From NCBI GenBank assembly GCA_017460745.1, contig JAFUAL010000052.1:2749-66748 (forward strand): DNA of 64,000 nucleotides, written 5' to 3'. The stretch's first letter is position 1, and every line of letters starts with the position of its first letter. The notes under the pieces are model-generated. The model did no database searches. It was not told the origin of the DNA and saw only the letters and a list, made by a program, of their open reading frames with translations. Of this stretch, positions 28,823 to 38,235 are shown in pieces. The stretch is from Bacilli bacterium. Lineage in GTDB: Bacteria > Bacillota_I > Bacilli_A > RF39 > UBA660. The position numbers and the translations under genes are program-made.

Positions 28823-29265
28823 AAGTTTACTTTATGATAAATAAGTAATGATATAAATAAAATATTAAAATAAATAAAATTTTGGTGTAAATAATATATG
28901 TTAATATCTTTTAAATATATATTTTCATTACTATTATGCATCTTAAAATAATTTACAAGTTCTAAGTAATATGTTTTATTATTATAAATAAAACTTTTAT
29001 CATATAAACATCTTATATATATTAAATTAGTTATTATTAGAACAATGATTTGTAATATTAAGTATTTCTTGTCTTTTAAAATATTTTCTTTTTTTATTAA
29101 ATCTTTTATAGTTAAGATAATATACATGATTTCTAGTATTATAAATGTAATTTTAAAAAAGTTTATATTATAACCAAATTTGTATTCAAATATAATTTGA
29201 AAATATACGAGTAAAAAGATAAGAATAATTTTTATAATATGCATAAATTTATTCATGAATATCAC
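28801..29265 (-). CDS. small 4-TM membrane protein (hypothetical)
   Basis: Hydrophobic helices throughout. It overlaps the upstream XRE-family gene by 17 nt, which suggests an operon. Confidence 0.5.
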   Translation of the reverse strand: MIFMNKFMHIIKIILIFLLVYFQIIFEYKFGYNINFFKITFIILEIMYIILTIKDLIKKENILKDKKYLILQIIVLIITNLIYIRCLYDKSFIYNNKTYYLELVNYFKMHNSNENIYLKDINIYYLHQNFIYFNILFISLLIYHKVNLKEMDKN

Positions 29266-30184
29266 CTACTTCCATAATTAACTTTTCTAAGTAAAGTAAA
29301 TTACTAATTTTATAAGATATATTATTTCTTTTTATGGAAATATAATTTTCATTATTAAAATAATTTGTATTATCTTGAAATAATTTATAATTTATAAAAT
29401 TTTTTATAGTGTAATTATATTGCATATTATTAAATGTTAAATTTTCGTTTGTTTTTACATATAATAGATAATATGAATTAATTAATTCATTTTTATCATA
29501 TTTTAATAGTGTTTTAATAATATTATCTTCCTTATTGTCAACATAAATATAATCTTTCTTTAATTCCATAATATAAAAATCAATAGTTTTATAAGTCGTT
29601 TTAGTGTTTGATTTCAAAGTTGAATCCTCTTTTAGTTCATTTATAATTTTTTCTAAATTAATTAAAATATTGTTGTAATCAAGTTCATCATAGATTCCTT
29701 TGTTTTTTTTAATTATTTCTAAATTATTTGTCATAACATCAAATTTATCATCAAAGTATTTTCGATCTCCTTCAAAAAATTCATATGTATATTCCTTATT
29801 TAAATTATGAATTTGTATAATGTTTAAACCAATTAATAATAAAGATGTTCCAATTATAATAAAAGTTAAAACTTTATTTATCAATTCTTTTCTGTTTCTT
29901 TTATTTTCTTCTTTTGTTATTGTTAAAGTTGATTTAATAATGTTTTCTGTTTCATCATTTTGAGTATTTTTTTCAAGTATTTTGCCTTTTATAATTTCTA
30001 ATATAGAAATATTTAATTCTTTTGATAAATCTTCAAGTAATGATACATCAGGAAATCCTAAACCTCTTTCCCATTTGGAAATGGCTTTATCTGTTATACC
30101 TAATTTAGAAGCTAGTTCTTTTTGAGTTAAATTTTTTTCTTTTCTTTTTAATTTGATAAATTCACCTATTTGGTTATAATCCAT
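29249..30184 (-). CDS. membrane-anchored XRE-family (HTH_3) transcriptional regulator
   Basis: N-terminal HTH IGEFIKLKRKEKNLTQKELASKLGITDKAISKWERG, a single TM (VLTFIIIGTSLLLIGLNII), and an extracytoplasmic domain of about 190 aa. Confidence 0.8.
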   Translation of the reverse strand: MDYNQIGEFIKLKRKEKNLTQKELASKLGITDKAISKWERGLGFPDVSLLEDLSKELNISILEIIKGKILEKNTQNDETENIIKSTLTITKEENKRNRKELINKVLTFIIIGTSLLLIGLNIIQIHNLNKEYTYEFFEGDRKYFDDKFDVMTNNLEIIKKNKGIYDELDYNNILINLEKIINELKEDSTLKSNTKTTYKTIDFYIMELKKDYIYVDNKEDNIIKTLLKYDKNELINSYYLLYVKTNENLTFNNMQYNYTIKNFINYKLFQDNTNYFNNENYISIKRNNISYKISNLLYLEKLIMEVGDIHE

Positions 30185-30323
30185 TTTTTCACCTACCTTA
30201 AAAATATTATAAATTGTATTTTTCTATAATTCAATAAACTAATCGTAGAGTTTTAATTTATCTTAAAATTTGATTGTAATTTTATGGTATTTATGATAAT
30301 CTTTAAATAGATAGGAGGAATTT

Positions 30324-30620
30324 ATGAAGTATTGTGAACATTGTGGAAGTGAGTTAAAAAGTGGAGTAGAATTTTGTCCAAATTGTGGAGCTAAGGTTGG
30401 AGGTAAAAAAGAGAAAGTAGCAGGAGAGGTTGTTAAGAATACTAATACAACTACAACAGGAGTTAAAGATAATACAACAGCAGCTTTTGTATGTTCTATA
30501 ATTGGAGCTTTATGTTGTACTTATGTTGCAATTCCAGGACTTATTCTTTCAATTATGGCTTTAAAGGATATGAAAGAAGGAAAAATTAGTAGTGAAAAGA
30601 AATGGATGGCAATAGTTTGA
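30324..30620 (+). CDS. zinc-ribbon / DUF4190-like membrane protein, apparently truncated by an in-frame TGA
   Basis: CEHCGSELKSGVEFCPNCGAKV zinc ribbon, then a DUF4190-like helix (FVCSIIGALCCTYVAIPGLILSIMALKDMKEGK). The frame continues sensibly after TGA 30618-30620 as far as 30728. Confidence 0.65.
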   Translation: MKYCEHCGSELKSGVEFCPNCGAKVGGKKEKVAGEVVKNTNTTTTGVKDNTTAAFVCSIIGALCCTYVAIPGLILSIMALKDMKEGKISSEKKWMAIV

Positions 30621-30720
30621 ATAGTACTTTCTTGTATTGGATTAATTCAACTTGTTTATAACTTTATGTATCCACAACATAATCAAGAAATAATAGATAA
30701 TTTAACAAAACAATTTACAA

Positions 30721-31104
30721 ATGAATAGATTTATAAATAAACATTTAAATTTAGTACTAGTAATATGTGGTTTGATTAATATAATTTTAGTATTGATTTT
30801 TGAGTTTCCATGTCCTTGGAAGAGTAATTTTAATATAGACTGTGCAGGATGTGGAGCAACAAGAATGTTTAAATCATTACTTAATTTAGAAATATATCAA
30901 GCATTTCGATTTAATCCCTTTTTGTTTTGTTTATTAATATTTGCTTTATTTTACTTAATATATATCTTTATTTGTAAGGTTAGAAAAAAAGCATATTATA
31001 AAATAAAAGATAGAGATTTATTAATATTACTAATTTTAGTAATATTGTTTACAATTTTAAGAAATATACCAGGTTTAGAATTTTTAAAACCAACAGTAGT
31101 ATAA
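30721..31104 (+). CDS. DUF2752-family membrane protein
   Basis: CPWKSNFNIDCAGCGATRMFKSLL...AFRFNPF matches the CP...G..CPgCG.TRA...NP pattern of DUF2752. Confidence 0.7.
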   Translation: MNRFINKHLNLVLVICGLINIILVLIFEFPCPWKSNFNIDCAGCGATRMFKSLLNLEIYQAFRFNPFLFCLLIFALFYLIYIFICKVRKKAYYKIKDRDLLILLILVILFTILRNIPGLEFLKPTVV

Positions 31105-31127
31105 TAAAATATATAATTTTAAATAAA

Positions 31128-31154
31128 TTAGCACTCGATATTGACAAGTGCTAA
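31128..31154 (+). promoter_or_regulatory. CIRCE operator (HrcA binding site)
   Basis: TTAGCACTC-GATATTGAC-AAGTGCTAA compared with the consensus TTAGCACTC-N9-GAGTGCTAA has one mismatch. It overlaps the -35 box of the clpB promoter. Confidence 0.85.
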
Positions 31155-31169
31155 TTTTTGAGTATAATA
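31141..31169 (+). promoter_or_regulatory. Sigma-A-type promoter of clpB
   Basis: TTGACA (31141-31146), a 17-nt spacer, then TATAAT (31164-31169). Confidence 0.65.
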
Positions 31170-31191
31170 AAGTTTGAAAGGGGAGATTAAT

Positions 31192-33282
31192 ATGTATCCA
31201 AATGAGGAAAAAGAAGAAAATGTTTTAGAAAAATACGGACGTGATATTACAAAGGACGCTAAAAATGGTAAGATAGATCCAGTTATAGGACGAGATGAGG
31301 AGATTCGTGGAATAACTAGAATTTTATCAAGAAAAACTAAAAATAATCCCGTTTTAATTGGAGAACCAGGTGTTGGAAAAACAGCAATTGTTGAAGGTCT
31401 TGCTAATCGAATTATATCAGGCGATGTACCTAATAGTTTAAAAGATAAGAAGATATGGGAACTTGATTTAGCATCTTTAGTTGCTGGAGCAAAGTATCGT
31501 GGAGAATTTGAAGAACGTTTAAAAAATGTTTTAAATGAAATCAAAAAAAGTGAAGGTAGTATCATTATGTTTATTGATGAAATTCACATGATTGTTGGAA
31601 ATGGTGCAGAAGGAGCTATGGATACTTCTAATATTTTAAAACCACTTCTTGCTCGTGGCGAAATTCATGTAATAGGTGCAACAACTTTAAATGAATATCG
31701 TAAATATATTGAAAAAGATGGTGCCTTAGAACGACGTTTTCAAAAAATTAAAGTATCAGAACCAACTGTTGAAGATACTATTACAATTCTTCGTGGTTTA
31801 AAGGAAAGATTTGAGATACATCATGGTGTATCAATTACTGATAAAGCCTTAATTGCAGCTGCAACATTATCAAATCGTTATATTACAGATAGATACTTAC
31901 CTGATAAAGCAATAGATTTAGTAGATGAAGCCTGTGCAACTATTAGAGTTCAGATGGATTCAGTTCCAATTGAACTTGATACAGTAACTCGTAAAATATT
32001 ATCTCTTGAAATAGAACGTCAAGCAATAAGAAAAGAACGTGATGAATTATCCAAGAATAGACTTGATAAAATAGAAAAAGAATTAGTTAATTTAAAAGCT
32101 AGAGAAAAAGCATTAAAAGAATCTTGGAATCATGAGAAAAAAATAAATGAAGAAATAAAAGCAAAGAAGAAAGAATTAGAAAATGCAAGATTTACTTTGA
32201 GTCAAGCCGAGAATAAATATGATTTAGAAACAGCTGCAAGATTTAGACATGGTGAAATACCTCGACTTGAAAAAGAATTAGAAGAATTAAATTCCAGAGA
32301 GAAAAACAGAATTTTAAGTGATACAGTTTCTGATGAAGATATTGCTTATGTAATTTCAAAACTTACCAATATTCCTTTAACTAAATTAGTTTCTAGTGAA
32401 AAGGAAAAACTATTGAATTTATATTCTAATATGAAAAAGAATGTTATGGGACAAGATGAGGCTTTAAAGTTAGTCAGTGAATGTATTATTAAAAGTCGAA
32501 GTGGTATAAAAGATCCTAATAGACCAATTGGTTCATTTATCTTTTTAGGCCCAACTGGAGTTGGAAAAACTGAAGTAGCTAAAACTCTCGCCTATGAATT
32601 ATTTGATGATAAAAGTCATATGGTAAGAATTGATATGAGTGAATACATGGAAAAATTCAGTGTTTCTCGTCTTATTGGTTCGCCTCCTGGATATGTCGGT
32701 TATGAAGAAGGTGGCGAATTAACAGAAGCGGTTAGACGTAATCCATATAGTATAGTTTTATTTGATGAAATAGAAAAAGCTCATCCTGAAGTGTTGAATT
32801 TACTTCTACAAATACTTGATGATGGACGTATAACAGATTCTAATGGTCGTACTGTTGACTTTAAAAATACGATTATTATCATGACAAGTAATTTAGGAAG
32901 TGAATATGCTCTAGAAGAAAAAGACGATTTAGTAATGCATGAACTAGAAAGTACTTTTAGACCAGAATTTATTAATCGTATTGATGAAGTAATTATATTT
33001 AAACCACTTAGTCGTGAAGTAATTTATCAAGTACTTGATAAGATTATCAAGGAAATTGAAATGAGATTAAGTGATAAAAATATAAAAATCAAATTAACTG
33101 ATGCAGCCCGTGATTACTTAGTAGAGATAGGTTATGATGTCAATTATGGTGCTAGACCATTAAAAAGAGTTGTATCTCGTACCCTTGAAACAATCTTAGC
33201 TAATAAACTAATTGAAGGAAGTGTTCACTATGGTGAAACAGTATTATTTGATTATCAAAATAATGAGTTAATTATAAAATAG
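31192..33282 (+). CDS. clpB: ClpB-type disaggregase lacking the N-terminal Clp_N domain (696 aa)
   Basis: It starts directly at [30 protein letters not shown]1 has [15 protein letters not shown] and MFIDEIH, followed by a long coiled-coil M-domain. D2 has GPTGVGKTE and [10 protein letters not shown], with GARPLKR. RBS AAAGGGGA precedes ATG 31192. Confidence 0.93.
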   Translation: MYPNEEKEENVLEKYGRDITKDAKNGKIDPVIGRDEEIRGITRILSRKTKNNPVLIGEPGVGKTAIVEGLANRIISGDVPNSLKDKKIWELDLASLVAGAKYRGEFEERLKNVLNEIKKSEGSIIMFIDEIHMIVGNGAEGAMDTSNILKPLLARGEIHVIGATTLNEYRKYIEKDGALERRFQKIKVSEPTVEDTITILRGLKERFEIHHGVSITDKALIAAATLSNRYITDRYLPDKAIDLVDEACATIRVQMDSVPIELDTVTRKILSLEIERQAIRKERDELSKNRLDKIEKELVNLKAREKALKESWNHEKKINEEIKAKKKELENARFTLSQAENKYDLETAARFRHGEIPRLEKELEELNSREKNRILSDTVSDEDIAYVISKLTNIPLTKLVSSEKEKLLNLYSNMKKNVMGQDEALKLVSECIIKSRSGIKDPNRPIGSFIFLGPTGVGKTEVAKTLAYELFDDKSHMVRIDMSEYMEKFSVSRLIGSPPGYVGYEEGGELTEAVRRNPYSIVLFDEIEKAHPEVLNLLLQILDDGRITDSNGRTVDFKNTIIIMTSNLGSEYALEEKDDLVMHELESTFRPEFINRIDEVIIFKPLSREVIYQVLDKIIKEIEMRLSDKNIKIKLTDAARDYLVEIGYDVNYGARPLKRVVSRTLETILANKLIEGSVHYGETVLFDYQNNELIIK

Positions 33283-33310
33283 AGTTTAGTAAAAAAACTA
33301 AATTCTTTTT

Positions 33311-33332
33311 TTATCCACAATTATGTGAATAA
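33311..33332. promoter_or_regulatory. Second DnaA-box-like palindrome (TTATCCACA-N4-TGTGAATAA)
   Basis: Read directly from the sequence. It has the same geometry as 10367-10388, with a perfect left arm and an 8/9 right arm. It lies just after a weak hairpin (6-bp stem, 33285-33302) plus T tract that I take to be the clpB terminator. Confidence 0.35.
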
Positions 33333-33544
33333 ATTATTCTATGTTGACGAAATAATATTTAAAAAATGCTTTATAAGAACAATAATTTAAGGTAATTTTT
33401 TTAATTCACTGTCAAAGATGTAAATAATTAAAGATAGTAACTTATTATAAGTAAAGAAGTGTCATATATATTGATTAATTCGCTTCCAATATTTTATAAT
33501 TATTGTAATAGGAATAGTGTGTGATTATTTAAGAGAGGATTAAT

Positions 33545-35449
33545 ATGAAAGAAGAAAAATATGTATTGGATAAAGAAACAAGTAAAAGTATGAAAACAGG
33601 GTATGCATCGATTGATAAACCATGGATGAAATGGCATGATTCTGCTTACAAAGATTTAGAAATAAGTGATGATAATTTTTATGATTATTTCATGAGTGAA
33701 ATAGAAAAATATCCAAGTGATACAATTTTATTGGATTTACTTGGTCAAAAAGGTTTTACAAAAAACGATATAGAAAATGAAGTAAAAAAACACATAAAGA
33801 TGTTTACTAATTTAGGAATAAAATCAGGTGATGTTGTTTCGTTTATGATGTTAAATACTCCTGAAGTTATATTCATGTTTTTAGCACTTAATAAAATGGG
33901 AGCAATTGCTAATTTAATTAAATTTGATGAAAGTCCAGATAGAATTAATTATATGTTGAATTTAACCAATTCTAAATATTTCTTTGTAACTGATGTACCA
34001 CCAATAATTATGAATGTAATAAAAGTATTGAATATGGATAATGGTTTAGAACGAGTAATTACTATACCTGTTATGGAAAGTATAATAACATCCGAGTTAA
34101 AAGGAAATGAAATAAAAAATAGAATTGATGATTTAGTATATACAACTCATAAAGAATATGATCCTGAAATAGAAAAAAAAGAATTTCTAGAACTTGACCA
34201 ATTGCAAAAGGAATTAAGGTTAGAAGATAATAATAGTAAAATGATATCCTATGCTAAGTATAAAGATTTATATTTGAAGAAAACTCCTGTTAAATTACTT
34301 CATAAAGGAACAGATAAGACAACTCTTATAGTTTATACAGGTGGCTCTACTGGAGATGCTAAAGGTGTAGAATTAACAAATAAAAATTTAGTAGCTATGG
34401 TTCATGGACTTAAGTATAGTAATTATGGATTTACTTATGGTAAGACGTCTATGAATATTTTACCACCGGCAATTGCATATTATTTGAATGCAACATGTGG
34501 TTTAATGGTATGTGGAGTTAGAGTTACTCAAATACCTGCCTTTGAAATAGAAAAATATCCTGAACTTATTGATATGTATAAACCAAATATTATTTATTCT
34601 GGACCAATATTACTTAAATTAATGGCGATATCTCCATATAATTTTAATTATTTGACCAATCCAGTAAGTGGTGGAGATAAATTACTTGTAAATGAAGAAT
34701 TAATGATAAATGAATCTTTTAAACAAAAAGGGACAAAGCCAGTTCAACAAGGATATGGTTCAAGTGAGGTAACAGCTGTTGCAACATGTAATCCTGCCAT
34801 TGGTAGTAAAATTGGAAGTCTTGGTATTCCAATGATAGATGTTGATGTTTCGATTTTTGAATATCAAACAGATAAAGAAATTCCGTATGGAAAAAATATG
34901 GAGGGAGAAATTTGTATTTCAGGTCCAACTTTAATGAAAGGGTATTTGAATAATAGTGCAGCAACAGATTATGTTAAACGATATCATAATGATGGAAAAT
35001 ACTGGTTACATACTGATGATATTGGTGTAATGGATGAAGACGGGTTTATATTCCATAAAGGAAGATATAAGAGAATGTTAACACGCAATGGACAAAAATT
35101 ATGGCTTAGTGCATTAGAGGATGAAGTAATGAAAACTGGTTTGGTTAAAGATTGCTGTGCTGTAAAAATGTCTGATGAAGTAGAACGTGAAGTTCCTGTA
35201 TTACATTTAGTACTATCTAATTCTGAAGATGTTTCACAAATATATATGTTGGATAATTATTTAAAAGAAAATTGTCCACCTACATATTTACCTAAATATT
35301 ATGTAGTTAGAGAATATATACCTGTTACAGAAGTAAATAATAAGAAAGATTTCAAAGCATTAGAAAAAGAAGATATATTAGATGATTCAATTTATACAAA
35401 ATCGGGTAAAATAATAAAATCAATACAAAAAGTAAAAAAATTAGATTAG
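33545..35449 (+). CDS. adenylate-forming (AMP-binding) enzyme, acyl-CoA synthetase/ligase-like
   Basis: VYTGGSTGDAKGV (P-loop-like core motif), QGYGSSE, GEICISGPTLMKGY, WLHTDDIG and HKGRYKRML. Confidence 0.8.
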   Translation: MKEEKYVLDKETSKSMKTGYASIDKPWMKWHDSAYKDLEISDDNFYDYFMSEIEKYPSDTILLDLLGQKGFTKNDIENEVKKHIKMFTNLGIKSGDVVSFMMLNTPEVIFMFLALNKMGAIANLIKFDESPDRINYMLNLTNSKYFFVTDVPPIIMNVIKVLNMDNGLERVITIPVMESIITSELKGNEIKNRIDDLVYTTHKEYDPEIEKKEFLELDQLQKELRLEDNNSKMISYAKYKDLYLKKTPVKLLHKGTDKTTLIVYTGGSTGDAKGVELTNKNLVAMVHGLKYSNYGFTYGKTSMNILPPAIAYYLNATCGLMVCGVRVTQIPAFEIEKYPELIDMYKPNIIYSGPILLKLMAISPYNFNYLTNPVSGGDKLLVNEELMINESFKQKGTKPVQQGYGSSEVTAVATCNPAIGSKIGSLGIPMIDVDVSIFEYQTDKEIPYGKNMEGEICISGPTLMKGYLNNSAATDYVKRYHNDGKYWLHTDDIGVMDEDGFIFHKGRYKRMLTRNGQKLWLSALEDEVMKTGLVKDCCAVKMSDEVEREVPVLHLVLSNSEDVSQIYMLDNYLKENCPPTYLPKYYVVREYIPVTEVNNKKDFKALEKEDILDDSIYTKSGKIIKSIQKVKKLD

Positions 35450-35536
35450 ATATTATATAAATCTAATTTTTTTTTAAAATGATTTGAACTCTTATATTTT
35501 TTTTTGTATAATGTATATAGAGTAGAGGAGACAGTT

Positions 35537-37315
35537 ATGGAGAGTTTTTATTTTACCGCATTTGGTATAGTCTTTTGTATATTATTAATGATAATTTATT
35601 TTCCAAAGAAGAAAGTTAATTTTTTTGAAAATAAAGTTTATAGTTTTTTGATTGTAGTGACATTTTTAAGCTGCATTGCCGAATCTTATTCATTTATTTT
35701 GGTGCAAAATGGAGTAGATTCTTATGCATTTAATTATTTGTTATCATTAAAACTTTTGTTTTTATGTTTTTTATCTTGGTTGTATTTTTTTACTATGTAT
35801 ATTTTAATGGTTACTTTAAATGACAAGACAAGTGAAGAAAAAATGAAACAAACAATGAAAAATTCAATATTACTTCTTTTATTAATAATAGCAATTGATA
35901 TATTTTTCTTACCAATTAATGTCAATAAAGTAAATGGTATGTTACTTCCAACGGGTCCAGCAGTTAATTTAATCTATGCATGTGTTGTTATATGTGTAAT
36001 AGTTATGTTTACTATTTTCTTTAAGAATATTAAAAATATGCGTAATAAGAAGTTTATTCCATTATATTTATTGATTGCTGTATTTGGCATTATTGTTTTA
36101 GTTCAAAAATTATTTCCTAATTTATTAATTATTAATCCAGCATTTGTTTTTATAACATTTGTTATGTATTTTACGATAGAAAATCCAGATGTAAAAATAA
36201 TTGATGAACTTAGTAAAAATAGAACTTTAGTTAATAAAACAATGGAAGATAAATCAAATTTCTTATTTCTTGCAGCTAGTCAATTAAAAAGACCAATTGA
36301 AGAAATTACGAGATTAGCAGATGCATCAATAGAATTAAAAAAAGTTGCACAACTTCAAGAAAATTTTAAAGAAATTAGTAATATGAGTCATGATTTATCT
36401 ATTCTTGTTAATAATGTTATGGATATTTCTAACTTAAGTTATTCTAATATAAAAATGATACCTGAAAAGTATAATTTAAAGAAATTACTTACTAAAATAA
36501 AATTACTTGAAGAAAAGAAAATAAATGAAAATATAGAATTTAGATTTATTGTTGATGAAAATATTCCAGAGTATTTAAATGGGGATTCTAAATTGCTTGA
36601 ACAAACATTAATATCAATACTTGAAAATTCAATTAAATATACTAAAAGTGGTTTTATAGAACTTTCTCTTAATACTATTGTTAAATATGATATGGTAAGA
36701 CTAATATTCACAATTGAAGATTCAGGACTTGGGATGACAATTGATAAAGTAAATGAATTATTACTTGTTGACAATGATTTAACAAAAGAAGAATTAAAAA
36801 GACTTGAAACTAACAATGTAAATATGAATACAATTAAGAAATTAGTAGCTAAATTAGGTGGTTATTTTACAATTAAAAGTGAAGTGAATAAAGGAACAGA
36901 AGTAAAAGTTGTAGTGGATCAAATGATAGTTTCTGATGATAAAATAAATTTAAGTGATAATATTGTAAAAAATAAAGTATTAGTTGCTAGTAGAGATAAA
37001 AATGTAATTCATGAATTAAGTAATTTGTTAAATGAATATGAATATAATGTTGAAACGTCAATTTATTCAAATGATATTATCGATAGAATAAGACTTGGTG
37101 AAGAGTTTGTTTATATATTTATAGATGATAATATGGATAAACGTGCTATTGAAGTTCTTAATGAATTAAAAGAAAAAAATAAATCTAAAATAAAACTAGT
37201 AGTTCTTTTAGATTCAGATATGAATATTATTAAAGAGCAATTTATTAGAGATGGTTTTAGTGATTATATAATGAAAGATAATTTAAAAGATGATTTGAAA
37301 AGAGTTTTAGAGTAA
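35537..37315 (+). CDS. multi-TM histidine-kinase-like protein with a degenerate H-box and a C-terminal receiver-like domain
   Basis: About 6-7 N-terminal TM helices. The DHp-like segment NFLFLAASQLKRPIEEI has Q where the phospho-His is expected. HATPase_c boxes are present: ENSIKYT (N), EDSGLGM (G1) and GGYFTIKSEVNKGTEV (G2). The REC-like tail reads VLVASRD...IFIDDNMD...DYIMKD. Confidence 0.75.
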   Translation: MESFYFTAFGIVFCILLMIIYFPKKKVNFFENKVYSFLIVVTFLSCIAESYSFILVQNGVDSYAFNYLLSLKLLFLCFLSWLYFFTMYILMVTLNDKTSEEKMKQTMKNSILLLLLIIAIDIFFLPINVNKVNGMLLPTGPAVNLIYACVVICVIVMFTIFFKNIKNMRNKKFIPLYLLIAVFGIIVLVQKLFPNLLIINPAFVFITFVMYFTIENPDVKIIDELSKNRTLVNKTMEDKSNFLFLAASQLKRPIEEITRLADASIELKKVAQLQENFKEISNMSHDLSILVNNVMDISNLSYSNIKMIPEKYNLKKLLTKIKLLEEKKINENIEFRFIVDENIPEYLNGDSKLLEQTLISILENSIKYTKSGFIELSLNTIVKYDMVRLIFTIEDSGLGMTIDKVNELLLVDNDLTKEELKRLETNNVNMNTIKKLVAKLGGYFTIKSEVNKGTEVKVVVDQMIVSDDKINLSDNIVKNKVLVASRDKNVIHELSNLLNEYEYNVETSIYSNDIIDRIRLGEEFVYIFIDDNMDKRAIEVLNELKEKNKSKIKLVVLLDSDMNIIKEQFIRDGFSDYIMKDNLKDDLKRVLE

Positions 37316-37369
37316 ACTCTTTTTTCGTATATTTGAAATGTTTTAGGGTAATTTATAAATGGTGATATT

Positions 37370-38077
37370 GTGAATAATATTCTATTTATGAGTTTAAAAG
37401 GAAGTATTGCTGTTGTGTATTTATTTTTAGTAATTAAGATTCTTGGTAAAAAACAAATTAGTGAACTTAATATATTTGATTATATAATAGGTTTATCACT
37501 TGGTAATATTGCAGCTGAAATGACTGTTAATGATGATATTAGTATAATTGAAGGATTAATTTCTATGAGTGTATATGGTATATTTAGTTTATTTGTCTCT
37601 TTTATTACGGAAAAAAGTATTATTGCTAGACGTTTAATTACTGGAGAACCTGTTATAATTATGGAAAATGGTAAAATAAGTCGTGAACAGTTAAAAAAAT
37701 GTAAAATAGATATAAATGATTTATTACAAGATGCAAGAGAAAGTGGTTATTTTGATATAAGTGAAATTAATTATGCTATTATGGAACCATCCGGTAAAAT
37801 TAGTTTTTTACCTAAAAATAAATATCATCCTGTAACTCCTAGTGATATGAAATTAAAAGTGGATAGTGGAGGAATAAATGCTAATTTAATACTTGATGGT
37901 GAGATAATGGAAAATAATATTAAAACTATAGGACATGATACTAAATGGTTAATTGAAAGATTAAAGAGTGAAGGATATGATAATATTGATGAATTGCTAC
38001 TTGTTATATGTGATAATAAAGAAAAATTAACAATTTATAAAAAAGATGAAAAAATAAATTATAAGGTTTTAGAATAA
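37370..38077 (+). CDS. DUF421 (YetF-like) membrane protein
   Basis: Three N-terminal TM helices, then GEPVIIMENGKISREQLKKCKIDINDLLQDARESGYFDISEINYAIMEPSGKISFLPK. Confidence 0.75.
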   Translation: MNNILFMSLKGSIAVVYLFLVIKILGKKQISELNIFDYIIGLSLGNIAAEMTVNDDISIIEGLISMSVYGIFSLFVSFITEKSIIARRLITGEPVIIMENGKISREQLKKCKIDINDLLQDARESGYFDISEINYAIMEPSGKISFLPKNKYHPVTPSDMKLKVDSGGINANLILDGEIMENNIKTIGHDTKWLIERLKSEGYDNIDELLLVICDNKEKLTIYKKDEKINYKVLE

Positions 38078-38121
38078 TATTCTTAATGTAGAATTTGATA
38101 CATAGTATAAAATAAAAATAA

Positions 38122-38148
38122 ATCAACATTTTTGTTGATATTTTTTTT
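38122..38148 (+). terminator. Rho-independent terminator
   Basis: ATCAACA / TGTTGAT stem followed by a T8 run. Confidence 0.65.
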
Positions 38149-38235
38149 AGTTTATGCTATATTATGTACGAAGTAATTCGTTACTTTAAAACTTTCTTGG
38201 CTTTAATTAGCCCATTTAGTCCAAAAGGAGGTGTA

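Noticed and set aside
30618-30620. The in-frame TGA as evidence for genetic code 4 (UGA=Trp), as in Mollicutes.
   Set aside because: prfB (RF2, which reads UGA) is present and autoregulated at a UGA. The MBL gene ends in TGA at 43653-43655 with a coupled ATGA start for rlmH. I saw Trp encoded as TGG where I checked (for example in ftsH), and the ORF track shows no UGA interruption in the long conserved genes (ftsH, uvrA, clpB, dnaB).
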